Assembly (NCBI RefSeq): GCF_001194135.2
Contig: NC_068988.1
Location: 95,294,453-95,358,452, forward strand
Length of the DNA: 64,000 nucleotides
Direction: 5' to 3'
From: Octopus bimaculoides
Lineage: Eukaryota
Of the stretch, positions 25,861-38,936 are shown one piece after another. Positions within the stretch are counted from its first letter, which is position 1. The number at the start of each line of letters is the position of its first letter. The notes beneath the pieces are model-generated. The model saw nothing but the letters and a program-made list of their open reading frames with translations. It was not told the DNA's origin and did not search any database. The translations under genes and the position numbers were made by a program.

Positions 25861-27617
25861 TTTTCATTGATCGGTTAAATGGAGCCGCTTGAAACAGCCG
25901 TAATGCACTGATACCTAGACATCCTTGTTACTTATTTGCATTTTATTCGCCTAACTTCGAGCTGCGCGGACCACACCGGACTGACTTGGTGCCTCAACTT
26001 AAGTACCTAATTCAACTGAATCTTAAATATATATATNNNNNNNNNNNNNNNNNNNNNNNNNNNNNNNNNNNNNNNNNNNNNNNNNNNNNNNNNNNNNNNN
26101 NNNNNNNNNNNNNNNNNNNNNNNNNNNNNNNNNNNNNNNNNNNNNNNNNNNNNNNNNNNNNNNNNNNNNNNNNNNNNNNNNNNNNNNNNNNNNNNNNNNN
26201 NNNNNNNNNNNNNNNNNNNNNNNNNNNNNNNNNNNNNNNNNNNNNNNNNNNNNNNNNNNNNNNNNNNNNNNNNNNNNNNNNNNNNNNNNNNNNNNNNNNN
26301 NNNNNNNNNNNNNNNNNNNNNNNNNNNNNNNNNNNNNNNNNNNNNNNNNNNNNNNNNNNNNNNNNNNNNNNNNNNNNNNNNNNNNNNNNNNNNNNNNNNN
26401 NNNNNNNNNNNNNNNNNNNNNNNNNNNNNNNNNNNNNNNNNNNNNNNNNNNNNNNNNNNNNNNNNNNNNNNNNNNNNNNNNNNNNNNNNNNNNNNNNNNN
26501 NNNNNNNNNNNNNNNNNNNNNNNNNNNNNNNNNNNNNNNNNNNNNNNNNNNNNNNNNNNNNNNNNNNNNNNNNNNNNNNNNNNNNNNNNNNNNNNNNNNN
26601 NNNNNNNNNNNNNNNNNNNNNNNNNNNNNNNNNNNNNNNNNNNNNNNNNNNNNNNNNNNNNNNNNNNNNNNNNNNNNNNNNNNNNNNNNNNNNNNNNNNN
26701 NNNNNNNNNNNNNNNNNNNNNNNNNNNNNNNNNNNNNNNNNNNNNNNNNNNNNNNNNNNNNNNNNNNNNNNNNNNNNNNNNNNNNNNNNNNNNNNNNNNN
26801 NNNNNNNNNNNNNNNNNNNNNNNNNNNNNNNNNNNNNNNNNNNNNNNNNNNNNNNNNNNNNNNNNNNNNNNNNNNNNNNNNNNNNNNNNNNNNNNNNNNN
26901 NNNNNNNNNNNNNNNNNNNNNNNNNNNNNNNNNNNNNNNNNNNNNNNNNNNNNNNNNNNNNNNNNNNNNNNNNNNNNNNNNNNNNNNNNNNNNNNNNNCA
27001 ATGGATAAAACTAAATCTGACAAAAAATAAGCAGCATTAGAAATATTTTAACTTAGAAACATTCTTTACGGAACAACATGGAGAATCTTTATTCAGATAA
27101 CAAATTTTTCGGGTCTAGAAACGTGTTGAGGGCAGTGCAGAGAAATTACAATAAAAACGGGGAAATTAAAATAGAGAGATTCGAAAAGACAAAATGAAGT
27201 AGAGAAGGGAAGAAGAAAGAAAGGAAAGAAAAAATAAGAAAAGAATAAAGAAATAAAGAAAGAGAAGGAAAGCGTTGGTCATAAAGAAGAAGAAAGATGC
27301 GGTTATAAAATTTCAATAAAACGCTAAAACCGATGTCAAACATTATTGCAGTGTTTTAATCTTCCAATATACAATAAAGTGAAATAATTGCAGTCGTTGT
27401 TGTTGTTGTTTAAGATAGTTTTCTGGTTTAGAGAATTTATTGCTTACGTTTGCTTGAATTAATTCATCTACTTCTCTCTTCTGTTGGAACTTCGATCCAC
27501 CAGAAAAAGAAAAAGAAAAAGAAAGTTTGTTTCTAGTTCATTCTTAAAACGTATTTTCTTTTTCATTTCTGTCCTTAGAAATATTGCACATATCTTCATT
27601 CTTAGTCGTGCTAATAC

Positions 27618-27678
<61 letters not shown>

Positions 27679-27679
27679 G

Positions 27680-27728
<49 letters not shown>

Positions 27729-28625
27729 TGCGTATGCGTGTGTGTGTGTACTTTTGGTTTCCTTTTTTTAATGCTGATATTATTTTGTTGTTTCCGTTAT
27801 TATTATTGTTAGCTGCTGCTGCTGCTGCCGCTGCCGTTACTACTGTTTCCGCCATTGCTTTTTTTTTTTTTTTGTTTTTTTGATTAGCAGATAACATTTT
27901 CATAAACAAATTCGAAGGACAAACATAAAAACGTTCAAGCGAAAGGCCGGTAGCCATTTTCATATATGACCCGGTTGTTTTCGTTCCTACTTAGAATCGA
28001 TTTAATGACTGTTATATGGACAAACTTAAGTCGCAGGTTACAGACGGAGCCAATAAGATGGTAACACTAGCATCGGAAGGGTTGGCAGTTCGTATCTCAC
28101 CACGTGAGACTACACGTGATCATTATAATCTATTCTTCGTAGTTTAACTCAGTTCCGCCTTGATCAAATGGAGAATAATCAAAGGCGTTTCTGCCGTGAC
28201 CATTCCATCTGGTTTTAAATTTTATTATCCTGTCTATCGGTCCTAATCTTTTTAAGATGGTAGGATGTGATTTGAAGTACATTTGACTGTTACTTCTAGA
28301 AACTTCCGTGCCTGTATAGAAGTTCTTCATTCGGTTCTACTATAGACATGCAATTCATAATGGTTCGATTTCCCTCTCTATTCGGTGCAGCAGTGGCATT
28401 TGAACGAGTTACTGATCTCAAAGACGAGAAGTCATTCTTCATACAATATTTACCTTGCATATCAAATACAATCTTTATTCTCAAAAGGCAACTATTAAAA
28501 TGTCATCTCTCTAATAAGGAATCTGTTACCATCGCCATTGCTGTTAAAAAACTCTAGGTTAGACTCGATTCAGCAGAACTGAGATCAGAATGGTCCCAGA
28601 CGTGACAATCCTGTATGTAAATATA

Positions 28626-28834
28626 GATTTCAAATATTGGTACAAGGCTAGCAACTCTGGAGAAGGAGGTAAGTCGATTAAGTTGGCCTCAGTACTCAAC
28701 TGGTACTTGACGGGTACTTGTTTCATCGACCCCGAAACGGTGAAAGGCAAAGTCGACCTCGGTGGAATTTGAACTCAAAACGTCAAGTCGGAAGAACTGC
28801 TGCGAAGCGCCAACGATTCTGCCAGCTCGCCACC
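28626..28834 (-). mobile_element. SINE family A
   Basis: tcgaccccgaaacggtgaaaggcaaagtcgacctcggtggaatttgaactc. Confidence 0.85.
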
Positions 28835-29758
28835 CCATCCTGTATAGAAATATTGACTAAAATGCCCCATTTTGTATCAAAGAGATGAGGTCATGTTTTG
28901 AAGATGATTTGTCTGTTATGCCAAGCATGTCGACCAACAACACAAAACATAAATCCATGGCGCATTATTGCTCTGCCATTCTCATTTTTATTGGCTGTGT
29001 CTGATGGCAGCGGCGGCGGCGGTTTTTGATCAGGGAATAGCAAACAGAGCAGAGCGGCAGGGAATGCCGTCGGCTATCAATTTACTTGCCTTTACATTGA
29101 AAATTCACATTCCAATAAGGTGAAATCGTCCTTCTATCCCTTCCGGGACGGCAAACCGTTAAACACTAGCCATGCATTCACGTAGGTCGTCTGATCGACG
29201 TTACTCTTGCCCCCAAAATGAACGGTCTATACTTTCTATCTCATATAAGATATCCATCGCATGAATTTATCATATATTGTCCCTAGAAGCTATGAAAATA
29301 CTGGAGTACATACCTACTTCTATGTGTGTGTGAGTGTGCGCATTATGACCAAATTTAACAGCAACGGAATCGAAGCCAGAATCAAAATCTATGCATTACA
29401 ATTCGCAACAATAATTGGCAAAACCTTCCAAACAATAAGACTTATTAATCAAATTATACTTAGCTTTGTATCTGAAAAAATATAACTTTCCTATTATTAG
29501 GTGTCTATTAACAAGTTGCTCTATCTTCCATTTTACACAACAATATGTTAAGAAAATGAAAAGAAAAATGGTTGACCTATGCCACCGCACCTACATACCC
29601 AGGTCTTCCTCTCTCTCTAATTTCTATCAAGTTCTCATATTCTCTGCATAAATTACGTTTGACCTGAATCAAACGACAGTAAGAAAAGAAAAGCTTATTC
29701 TGTTTTAGTTGAGAATATATTTCGATGTATTTGCATGACAAGAAATCTTACGAAATCC

Positions 29759-29815
<57 letters not shown>

Positions 29816-29847
29816 NNNNNNNNNNNNNNNNNNNNNNNNNNNNNNNN

Positions 29848-29888
<41 letters not shown>

Positions 29889-30013
29889 TCACATATATAT
29901 ACACGTACATATATACATACATATACACATATATATACACATATATACATATATACATATGCACATACATATATATATACATATATATGTATACACACAA
30001 TCACGCATGACGC

Positions 30014-30077
<64 letters not shown>

Positions 30078-30326
30078 TCTATCCCACCGAAATAAAACAG
30101 CGGTGTATAGCAAATGTACCTACGTGCTATCAGGTAAATTAGTTTTATTGCGAGGCTTTTAAATTCAAGTGTTTATCACACGTCGTGTAGGTAAAATGTC
30201 AGTCCATATACATAAAATTTACATCTACAAAAATAACAACATAACCGAGAATCGAAACTTAGTCCTGGATTGAGTATTAAAGGGCGTTATCCCGGGCCAG
30301 TTGTGTCATACGTAACATTGCCACGA

Positions 30327-30440
30327 AGGGCGGCGAGCTGGCAGAATCGGTAGCACACCGGACAATAATGCTTGGCGGTATTTCGTCTGCCGTTACGTTC
30401 TCAGTTCAAATTTCGCAGAGGTCAAATTTACCTTTCATCC
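30327..30440 (+). mobile_element. SINE family A, 5' half
   Basis: ggcggcgagctggcagaatcggtagcacaccgg..agttcaaatttcgcagaggtc. Confidence 0.85.
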
Positions 30441-30471
30441 CCAAGATTCCGAGTTCGATTCCAAGCAGTGA

Positions 30472-30555
<84 letters not shown>

Positions 30556-30609
30556 CAACAGCATCGGAAATACCTTTGGAATGAGAATCCAGGTTCGAAA
30601 TTTCCCCAA

Positions 30610-30655
30610 GACACATGATGAAGGCTGGAGAGTATTTCAGCTGAAGCGTTGTGTT
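30610..30655 (+). ncRNA. Decayed hammerhead motif (C3A, A15.1G)
   Basis: GACAC-ATGATGA-A-GGCTG-loop-CAGCT-GAAG-CGTT-GTGTT: stems I and II retained. Confidence 0.5.
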
Positions 30656-30734
30656 AACGACAAACAAGCTGAGAAGAAATATCCGTCAAATGTAAATAAT
30701 GTACATAATTCCTCGTCTCTTAAATATAGAACTG

Positions 30735-31190
30735 TATGATAACCATCATCACCATCATCTTCGTTGTCATCATCACTACCGTTATTATCAACTCTCCCAT
30801 CATTGTCCTTACCCTCAACACCATCATCATCATTATCACCGCAAACAGCAGCAGCAACCATCATCCACATCACTACCATCATTCCAACCATTATTTATTT
30901 TCTGCCTCCTCCTCCTCCTCTTCCTCATCATCATCATCATCGCCACCACCACCACCACCACCACCACCAGCATCAGAATGAACTTCATCACAGCTCACCG
31001 CCACAACCGCAAACAACAACAACACAACGACAATTACTGCCACTACAAACACCAACATCGCCACCACCGAAACCTCGATTTCCAGTACTAGAACCATCGT
31101 CACCACCACCGTTACCACCACCACCAGTACAAACCTCGCCGCCACCACTAACCACTACGTTGACCCCCGCCCCCACCACCACCAACTGCT
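30735..31190. repeat. Cryptic triplet simple sequence (CAT/CAC/CAA/CCA)
   Basis: Mixed triplet runs giving poly-H/P/T pseudo-ORFs in several frames. Confidence 0.8.
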
Positions 31191-31943
31191 TTTGTTGGCG
31201 AGGTGGGTGGTTGTGTTATTTCTCTAATTGTTATCAACGAGACAGTTGATGGAACATTTAAGGTCTTTGAAATAGATTTTAATAGATTCCGGAGCGAATC
31301 GAAGTCGGTTTCTAATGTAAACCAATCAGATAACGTAGATTTTAATTCCTCTTACAGACATTGATGTCTATGTAACAACAACTTCATCCGCCGCACCTCC
31401 ACTCCCGCTGCAAAATCCACCACCACCATACCATCACACACCCACACTCCCACTTCACTTCTTTTCTCAAAACCACTGCCATTCTTTCCACTTAACTGCG
31501 GCCATCAACCTATCGAATAGTGTCACGCAACACCCCCACCCTTCCACAAGCTCTCATTAATTAGAACCAGTCTTCCTCTTTAGAAGTTTAATTTATAAAC
31601 TGCAGCCAAGATTTCATTCTGTCCGTACAAACTGACCATCAGAAATAGTTATTTGTGAAGACCAGTCTATATTTATTACGCTTTAATTGAAATTATTTCT
31701 GACGAATTGACTTTATGAACTCACATAATTTTTTCATATTTTCACCTATTTTCTCATTCCCCATCGGACTTCTTGACAATTTAGTTTTAAATAATTTTTA
31801 AAGGTTACCAATTTTGTTGTCTGGAATATTAGCGCGTTTACCTTTAAGAATATATAAGTTCTTATTTCACAACAAACATCGATAACATAGAGTAAAATTC
31901 AACAGTGTCGCGAAAATAGTCTTCTAACCTGAAGAAATAATTA

Positions 31944-32060
31944 TTTCTACTCTAGGCACCAGGCCTGAAATTTTTGAGAAGGGGGCCAGTCGATGAGATC
32001 GACACCAGTACGTAACTGGTACTTAATTTATCGACACCGAAAGGAGGAAAGGCAAAGTCG
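31944..32060 (-). mobile_element. SINE family A, 3' half, cut by (CATA)n
   Basis: tttctactctaggcaccaggcctgaaa..ggggccagtcgatgagatcgac..ggcaaagtcg. Confidence 0.85.
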
Positions 32061-32068
32061 TACATACA

Positions 32069-32099
<31 letters not shown>

Positions 32100-32127
32100 G
32101 TGTGTGTGTGTGTGTGTGTGTAAAATG

Positions 32128-32340
32128 TCACAGAAACTGTTACTGAGAGTTTCACGTTCCCGTTCGTCGGACAGTTTAGTTTAGAATTCTAAACAAAACT
32201 GTCCAACGAAAGGGGACGTGAAACTCTGAGTAACAGTTTTTGTGATAGTTTTGCTGCTTTTCAATAAAGCATATTACTCTACCTCTGGTATTCGAGTACT
32301 CTTTTTTCCACCTTATTTCGCATTTATGTGCTTACGCTAG
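32128..32340. mobile_element. Palindromic (foldback) MITE-like element, left arm truncated
   Basis: 57-bp arms with 6 mismatches around central AATT (32185-32188); right side continues to about 32340, left side is cut by microsatellite and SINE. Confidence 0.65.
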
Positions 32341-33770
32341 TATATATATATATTAATATAGATATCGAACTCGAAATAAACGTATTCCCTCCAGTTATAC
32401 AGAATTTGCTGATAATATTATCACAAATTATTCGAAGTACTTTAAGGTATTTCTTGCATAGAAACTGCCAATATCACATGGGAGTTTTTATGGAGATGAG
32501 AATCTGTAGAACGCTACTACAGTGAAAGGTCGATAAATTATATAATTTAAAGCCCCTCCAATAATGTCCAGTTCATTTAATAACAATTCTCATTAATATA
32601 TGCAAAAGTTGATTAACAATCACGAATCTGATGAGTCGTGAGTTATCAGGTCATAGAAGAATCGCTGATTATTTCGTTTTGAATTACTGCATCTAAGGCA
32701 AGAAAGTCTAGTCGAAGTTACTCCGCTTGACATTCTACGCAGGTCAGTCTTTGAACACGGATTTGCAAGCTAACAAACACTCAGCAAGCTCTCAATGCTC
32801 CCAGTACTCTACAAAAAGCAAAGAGATTTAAAACAGCAATAATATTAAGAAAGTGAAAGAGTAACGTTGATTATTATTTTGAAGGTACAGACTAATTTAG
32901 TTTACAGTATTTTATCTTGAGGTTTGGCAGCAATAAACTTCCGCAAATATGCGGTTAGAATTGAGAAATACTTCGACAAATTTTACTAAATATTTGACAA
33001 GAACTAGCGACAAGAAATTTAAAGAAGAGTTTAATGGTATCGGCAGTTCTATTTATTTGTTACTCTACAGCTGGCTTTTAGTTGTTTAATTGGTTATCGA
33101 TCTTTGAAATGTAACACCAGTTCAACAAAACTCGTTGTTCTATTCTTAGCCATATGTCACTTTTATGTCTAATTAATTGCTAGAGCGAAATATAGACTAG
33201 TTTATTGACTGAATTTCACAAAAGTAACCTACATGTTTGTTTATCTAATATGGTAATATTATGAAAAATACGCCGTACATTTATTATCGCCAGTTAATAA
33301 TATTTAGACAGCATTGACTATTGGTAAAATCTAAACCCATAACAGAATTTTGAATCCTTGACTCCAGTCCATGGTTAACACCTATTTTATTAATAAATCC
33401 CAGACGGACGGAGAACAGAGTCGAAAACAATGGGATTTGGTTTAAATATTGTCTTCTAATCCCTTCCAATATTATTTAACATATATAGAATTCTGTTATT
33501 TCATCGTCTTGCGTCGTGCTCTACCTACTTGTCTTCACCAGAGTTTTCTAAGTCAACCAGTTTGCATCGCCTTCCGTTTATGCTTCCATTCACACATAAC
33601 AGAGAGGCATTCGTTACTTCTAAACAGGATATCCGGTCAGTTTATGGCGCTCTTCCCACACACTTAGTGATGGAGATGCAATGACGTGAGAATTTTTCTC
33701 ACGTATTCTGTATTCTGAACGTCTTTTGGCTTACTCGACACTCAACAATGTGATACTTAATTTCGCCATA

Positions 33771-33802
<32 letters not shown>

Positions 33803-34170
33803 GAAATTAAATGTCATGGTGAGTACATATGTGTGAACATTCATAAATATATATACGTACGCATATGCACGCAAACACACACACACTCACACATGCATAT
33901 ATACATACATATAGAGATGGTGATTCAGATAAACATGATAAGCTTGTCATATATATAACAGCATATATTCATAAAGATAAACAGTAACACACATACATAC
34001 ATATAATATATATATATGCATATATATAGTAAGCGTTTTCTATGCTAATCCTATGTAGCTCTCTCCTCTCGTCTGTAAAGATCCGGAAGTAATATCGCGA
34101 AGCAGTTCTGTCAAGTATGCTGATGGTTCTGTCAGCGCACTGAGTTTGGAATTGTATTAACAGTCATTAA

Positions 34171-34355
34171 TAATGGCGTCAAATTTTGGCACAAGGCCAG
34201 CAATTTCGGTAGACAGGTAAAGTCGATGACAACGATCCAAGTGTTCAATTGATAATCAGTTTGATTAAAAACCCGATAGGGATGAAAGGCAAAGTCGACC
34301 TTGGCGGAATTTGAACCCTGAACCACGAAGCGTGCTAACCATTTTGCCAGCTCGC
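34171..34355 (-). mobile_element. SINE family A, left member of inverted pair
   Basis: gggatgaaaggcaaagtcgaccttggcggaatttgaac..gccagctcgc. Confidence 0.85.
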
Positions 34356-34375
34356 TTGTTGTTGTTGTTGTTGTT

Positions 34376-34596
34376 AAGGCGACGAGCTGGCGAAATTGTT
34401 AGCACACCGGGCAAAACCCTTAACAGCATTTCATCCATCTTTACGTTCTGATTTCAAATTCTGCCGAGGTCGACTTTGCCTTTCATCCTCTCGGTGGTCG
34501 ATAAAATAAGTACTAGTTATGCACTGGGGTCGATCGAAATCGATTTACCCGCTTCCCCGAACTTTCTGGCCTTGTGCCAAAATTTGAAACCATTAA
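34376..34596 (+). mobile_element. SINE family A, right member of inverted pair
   Basis: aaggcgacgagctggcg..gaggtcgactttgcctttcatcc..ggccttgtgccaaaatttgaaac. Confidence 0.85.
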
Positions 34597-35289
34597 CAAT
34601 TATTATTACTGGGTTTTATCTTAGACCCCACGTGTTTTTCTGTCCCCATCAGTTTTCATACACTCCTTGTCCTTCTGACCCCGAAAGGAACTCGTTTGCG
34701 TCATTCTTTCTTTTTCATTGTTTTAGAGAAACTAACACTCAGTAACAGGTGACATTCTCCTTTTGGTGACGCCCCCGCCATATTATTTGTATGAAAATTT
34801 GTCTTTATGTAAAACAAAAATTCCAAGAATGCTATTATTGTGGTCGCTGTCAAGGAGAGGCGGATGACAGAGAAGTCACAGGCAACGAAAAGTGCGATTG
34901 AAAGAAGTCCACAGCGTTCAGCTTCATCACAGAGAAATGGTGTGAGCTGATCACCATGGTATCGACAAGCTCTGACATCACTGCGACATAGGCCTTCGTT
35001 GCTATATTGATGTCACAATAGGTGGACGTGTTGAACCGAAAGAATTGCGGCAGCAACGAAAACACCAACAGCGCCAAACACGACCCAGAATAACTACAAC
35101 ATCAACAAAAACAACAGCAAAAGCTTCACAAAACGTGCAACTGATCCACGGGTAACCAACACATTTCAAATTAGGCAGAAGTCATTAAATAGACATGAAA
35201 GGTTGACATGAAAGGTTGACCCTTAAAAAGAAACAATTATCTACAAGTAAATTGTATTTCCTCACTTCAGCAAAAAGTGAATAATTACT

Positions 35290-35960
35290 GGTATAGGGGA
35301 GACCGGGTCTAGTTGCTACATTTTTTTTTTTTTTTTTGCCTTGGCACCCACATAAATGAACACAGCTGAAGTTTCTTTTCAGATTTAATTAGTAAAACAT
35401 CTCTTTGTATTATCACCAGCAAAAGACAGAAATTACATAACATTAATTAGACAGGTTCTAATTAATGAGGTGGTGTCAGCTGTAACAATTTTCCCCGAAT
35501 GCGGGGTACGTTGTGACACTTAATGGGGTACTTTGTTACAACAGTTGATAACTCGGAATTATGTTAACAAACAAGTTTAAAATGAATATATCTCCCGTTT
35601 CTTGCATCTAGGAAGTATTATTTTGATTAATTAACTGTTCTTTGAACCACCTCATATCCTAACTGTGATACTGAGAGTTCTCATCACCCAATTTCCCCAT
35701 TGTTACATGTGCCATCTAGTCGGAATCGTCCTCCATTAACTTTTCACCACACGGATCACACAGAAAGTCCTGTCATCCATCGGTATAGTCAGTGTGTGCC
35801 CAATCCTCGTCATCGAACGACGGAGATCCACCACCACAACTCCTCTAATGTCTCAAACCATTCCTTTCCCCCCCAAAACATGTCATTTCACCCCCTTGAT
35901 CTTCATATTTGCAAAGACTCTGAACCTGTTAGCTACGGTTTAATTCCGACGCCATGACTT
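35290..35960 (-). mobile_element. Decayed DNA transposon, pogo-like, with C-terminal PHD-type finger and one terminus
   Basis: Minus strand gives EDWAHTDYTDG*QDFLCDPC (WAH..C....F.CD.C pattern); TAGGGGAGACCGGGTCTAGTTG at about 35293 looks like a TIR. Confidence 0.45.
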
Positions 35961-35994
35961 AATTCTCTACATTAAAACATTTCTCCATCGACGT

Positions 35995-36150
35995 CAAGGC
36001 ACTCCGTCGGTTACGACGACGAGGGTTTCAGTTGATCCGATCAACGGAACAGCCTGCTTGTGAAATTAATGTGCAAATGGCTGAGCACTCCGCAGACACG
36101 TGTACCCTTAACGTAGTTCTCGGGGAGATTCAGCGTGACACAGAGTGTGA
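35995..36150 (-). mobile_element. SINE family C, 3' part
   Basis: Reverse complement of the 9520-9650 tail (gtgcaaatggctgagcactccgcagacacg). Confidence 0.75.
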
Positions 36151-36291
36151 CAATTTTTTTTATAATTTCATCAAGCTTCAATCTGACTATTTGTATTTTT
36201 TATAATTCTGTAAATTCCTTCAAAGCCATTTCTTTTATTTTAAGTTGTATACGTCATAGAGTAGTTTATCAAGACAGCAACCAAGAGAAGA

Positions 36292-36344
<53 letters not shown>

Positions 36345-36546
36345 TATAATATTATATAATATTATATTACATATGTATGTGCATTATAATTATAATGTTA
36401 TATTAACAATATGTATTACTATAGTAATCTCTAATATGTCGATACTTTCTCCTTATATGATAGTAATTAACCAGTGAAATATATGGATTATTTAATCCTC
36501 GAATTGGCCATAATATTATATATATTTATGTATATACATTATGTAT

Positions 36547-36631
<85 letters not shown>

Positions 36632-38101
36632 ATAGCCTCATGCGTGTACACACACACATTTAAATAAGCTATCTTAGATAACGAGTAAATATAAAATTAA
36701 CCCATTAAAATCAATAAAATATTTCTGTAAGCTAATTATGTGTCGATTTTCTTATGTCAACTAAAGCGTTAATTATTTTATCGCCAGGTTTATACGAAAA
36801 CAATGCCAAGATCTTATCCTTGTCCAAAACAGTTGAGTGTTCATACCTCATTAACTTTATGGTGTCACAACACTGCTTGCAATGAACGCCATGTTAGTTT
36901 TTTTGTTTTTTGTTTTTTGTTTTTTGTTTATGCTGTAATATGTGTAAGACGAGGTTTAAAATGTTTGTCTCTCGCGCAGAGAAAATGCTATTAAATAACG
37001 AGTAACATAACGCGAGCAGGATTTAATGTGATGTAATTAGGCAATCATTAAATGTTTATTTCAAGGTAATCGATTGAGTAAAATTAATTGGGTAGAGAAT
37101 ACGTATTGGCAGATCAGCATTTTTTATGGAACATCTGCGTTGTGGCGCGCAGACGTACACGTCAGTGGGTGTCATTGATAAGAAGTTTATTCAGTAATTT
37201 AAATCGATACAACGAATGATGGTGGTATAAAGACCTGAAGAGGAGCAGATGAGGAAATAATACAGCAACATTAATATAGACATATAGAATTAAAATAGAG
37301 AGTGTATAATGTAATAAAACAGAATATAGAACTAAATATAATGTATTCTCTTCCCTACTTTACTTTCAATGGAATCCATTGGCAGCTCCATCACGTGATT
37401 TTAGAGGCATCCTGCAACTTTTTGTTTCGAGGCCCCATCCCTTCAATCGAAATTCATAATCTACGCACCATTTATTCACAGCTGTATTTTACTTTATTTT
37501 ATCCGAAGTTTAAGATTTCACATCATCCCAAAGAACTTCTTTAAAAGTACAAGTTAAATTTATTTAGGTCTATCACAAATTTCAATAAGCATAACTTTCA
37601 GATATCAATAAAAGAGCTTTTTGATAATCCAGGCAACTTTCAAAGACAAACATGGCCCACTTTTCGCTTCGTGAAATCATCGATCAGTTCAGAGTAATCA
37701 AGCTGAGAGCTACGTTCGTGTTCAACAGATATCACAGACAATCCACAAAGTCTGCTACACTTTCGTAATATTTTTACAAGAACTTTTGCAGGTACAATAT
37801 ATTACCATTTTATTTCTTGAAATTTTCAGTTAACATAGTTTAATTCTCGTTCAACATCTTAACCAAAGTAAATAGATGTCTCATCTACGTACTATGATCT
37901 TAACATGGGTCCTCTCAACGGCGGAGGCTCCCTGAAACCTCAGGGGTTCCAGGGGTTTGGCGACGGCCCTGTCCATTGTGAGTTTTTATGATAAAGATGA
38001 TTTTAACGAGAATAGTTACCTATAACATTGACAATGCCATTAAAGGTTTATATACATACGTGTGTGTGTGTGTGTGTGTGTGTGTGGGCGGGCGTACGTG
38101 T

Positions 38102-38222
<121 letters not shown>

Positions 38223-38259
38223 TCTGTGTCAATGTATGTATGTACTATCTTTAAACAAC

Positions 38260-38363
38260 AATATTATTGACAGTTACTTCGAAGTTCCGACCAACTTAGC
38301 TGTCGTCGGACTTCTGACGATGGCATAATTGGCGGTAACTTCGAAGTCACTGCAAATAATATT
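38260..38363. mobile_element. Head-to-head inverted pair of hammerhead-like units
   Basis: Arms share AATATTATT..CAGT(T/G)ACTTCGAAGTT; centre TCGTCGGACTTCTGACGA. Confidence 0.5.
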
Positions 38364-38849
38364 CTTATTTAAGAATAATAAATTTTTACTTCACCAAAGT
38401 ATAGAGTAACCCATCAGATTAATACAAAATTGTTTTTATTGTAAAATACATGTATGTGCATGCATGCATGTTGCCTTCTATCTTAATTTCTTTAAAATCT
38501 ACCTGTAACGAAGGAGCTGCTTTCTAACAAAGATACAAAGCTGCGCCGTTGGAATGTGGAACCTAGGAAAAGTCTTACATATTTATAATATTCCGCTTTC
38601 AGACTATATTTGCAATATATACATCAATATATACATCAAGACCAAAGTAATAGAAATACAAACGAAATGTCCCAAATACGAGCATCGAGCTAAAACAACA
38701 AATCTTCTTAAGAAAATACGAAATTACAATAATTTCAATGTCATGATTAGCGAAAGCGAAACCGGTCGACATCCACAATACTCTTTCATCTAAAATATAT
38801 TAAAACTATATAAACTGTTTGCATTTTCTTTCTATTATGATATCTATGT

Positions 38850-38936
38850 AGAATTTGAACTCAGAACGTAAAGGGGGACGACATACTGCTAAGCATTTCG
38901 CCCGGCGCGCTAACGTTTCTGCCAGCTCGCCGCCTT
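38850..38936 (-). mobile_element. SINE family A head
   Basis: gaatttgaactcagaacgtaa..gcatttcgcccggcgcgctaacgtttctgccagctcgccgcctt. Confidence 0.85.

Noticed and set aside
27960-28560. Several 60-70-aa ORFs and splice-like sites on both strands
   Set aside because: No consistent frame or domain; stops in all frames.
30699-31249. 161-aa Pro/His/Thr-rich ORF
   Set aside because: Cryptic triplet repeat open in multiple frames; no splice signals or recognisable domain.
34850-35155. GC-richer block with a TGA-interrupted frame (ADHHGIDKL) and a 75-aa minus ORF
   Set aside because: Only a faint integrase-like echo; neither strand nor family could be assigned.
37235-37270. CTGAAGA..GAAA
   Set aside because: No stem II or III pairing.
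37905-37972. GC-rich stretch ending GGCGACGGCCCTG (hAT-MITE-like end)
   Set aside because: Only one terminus and no target duplication found.
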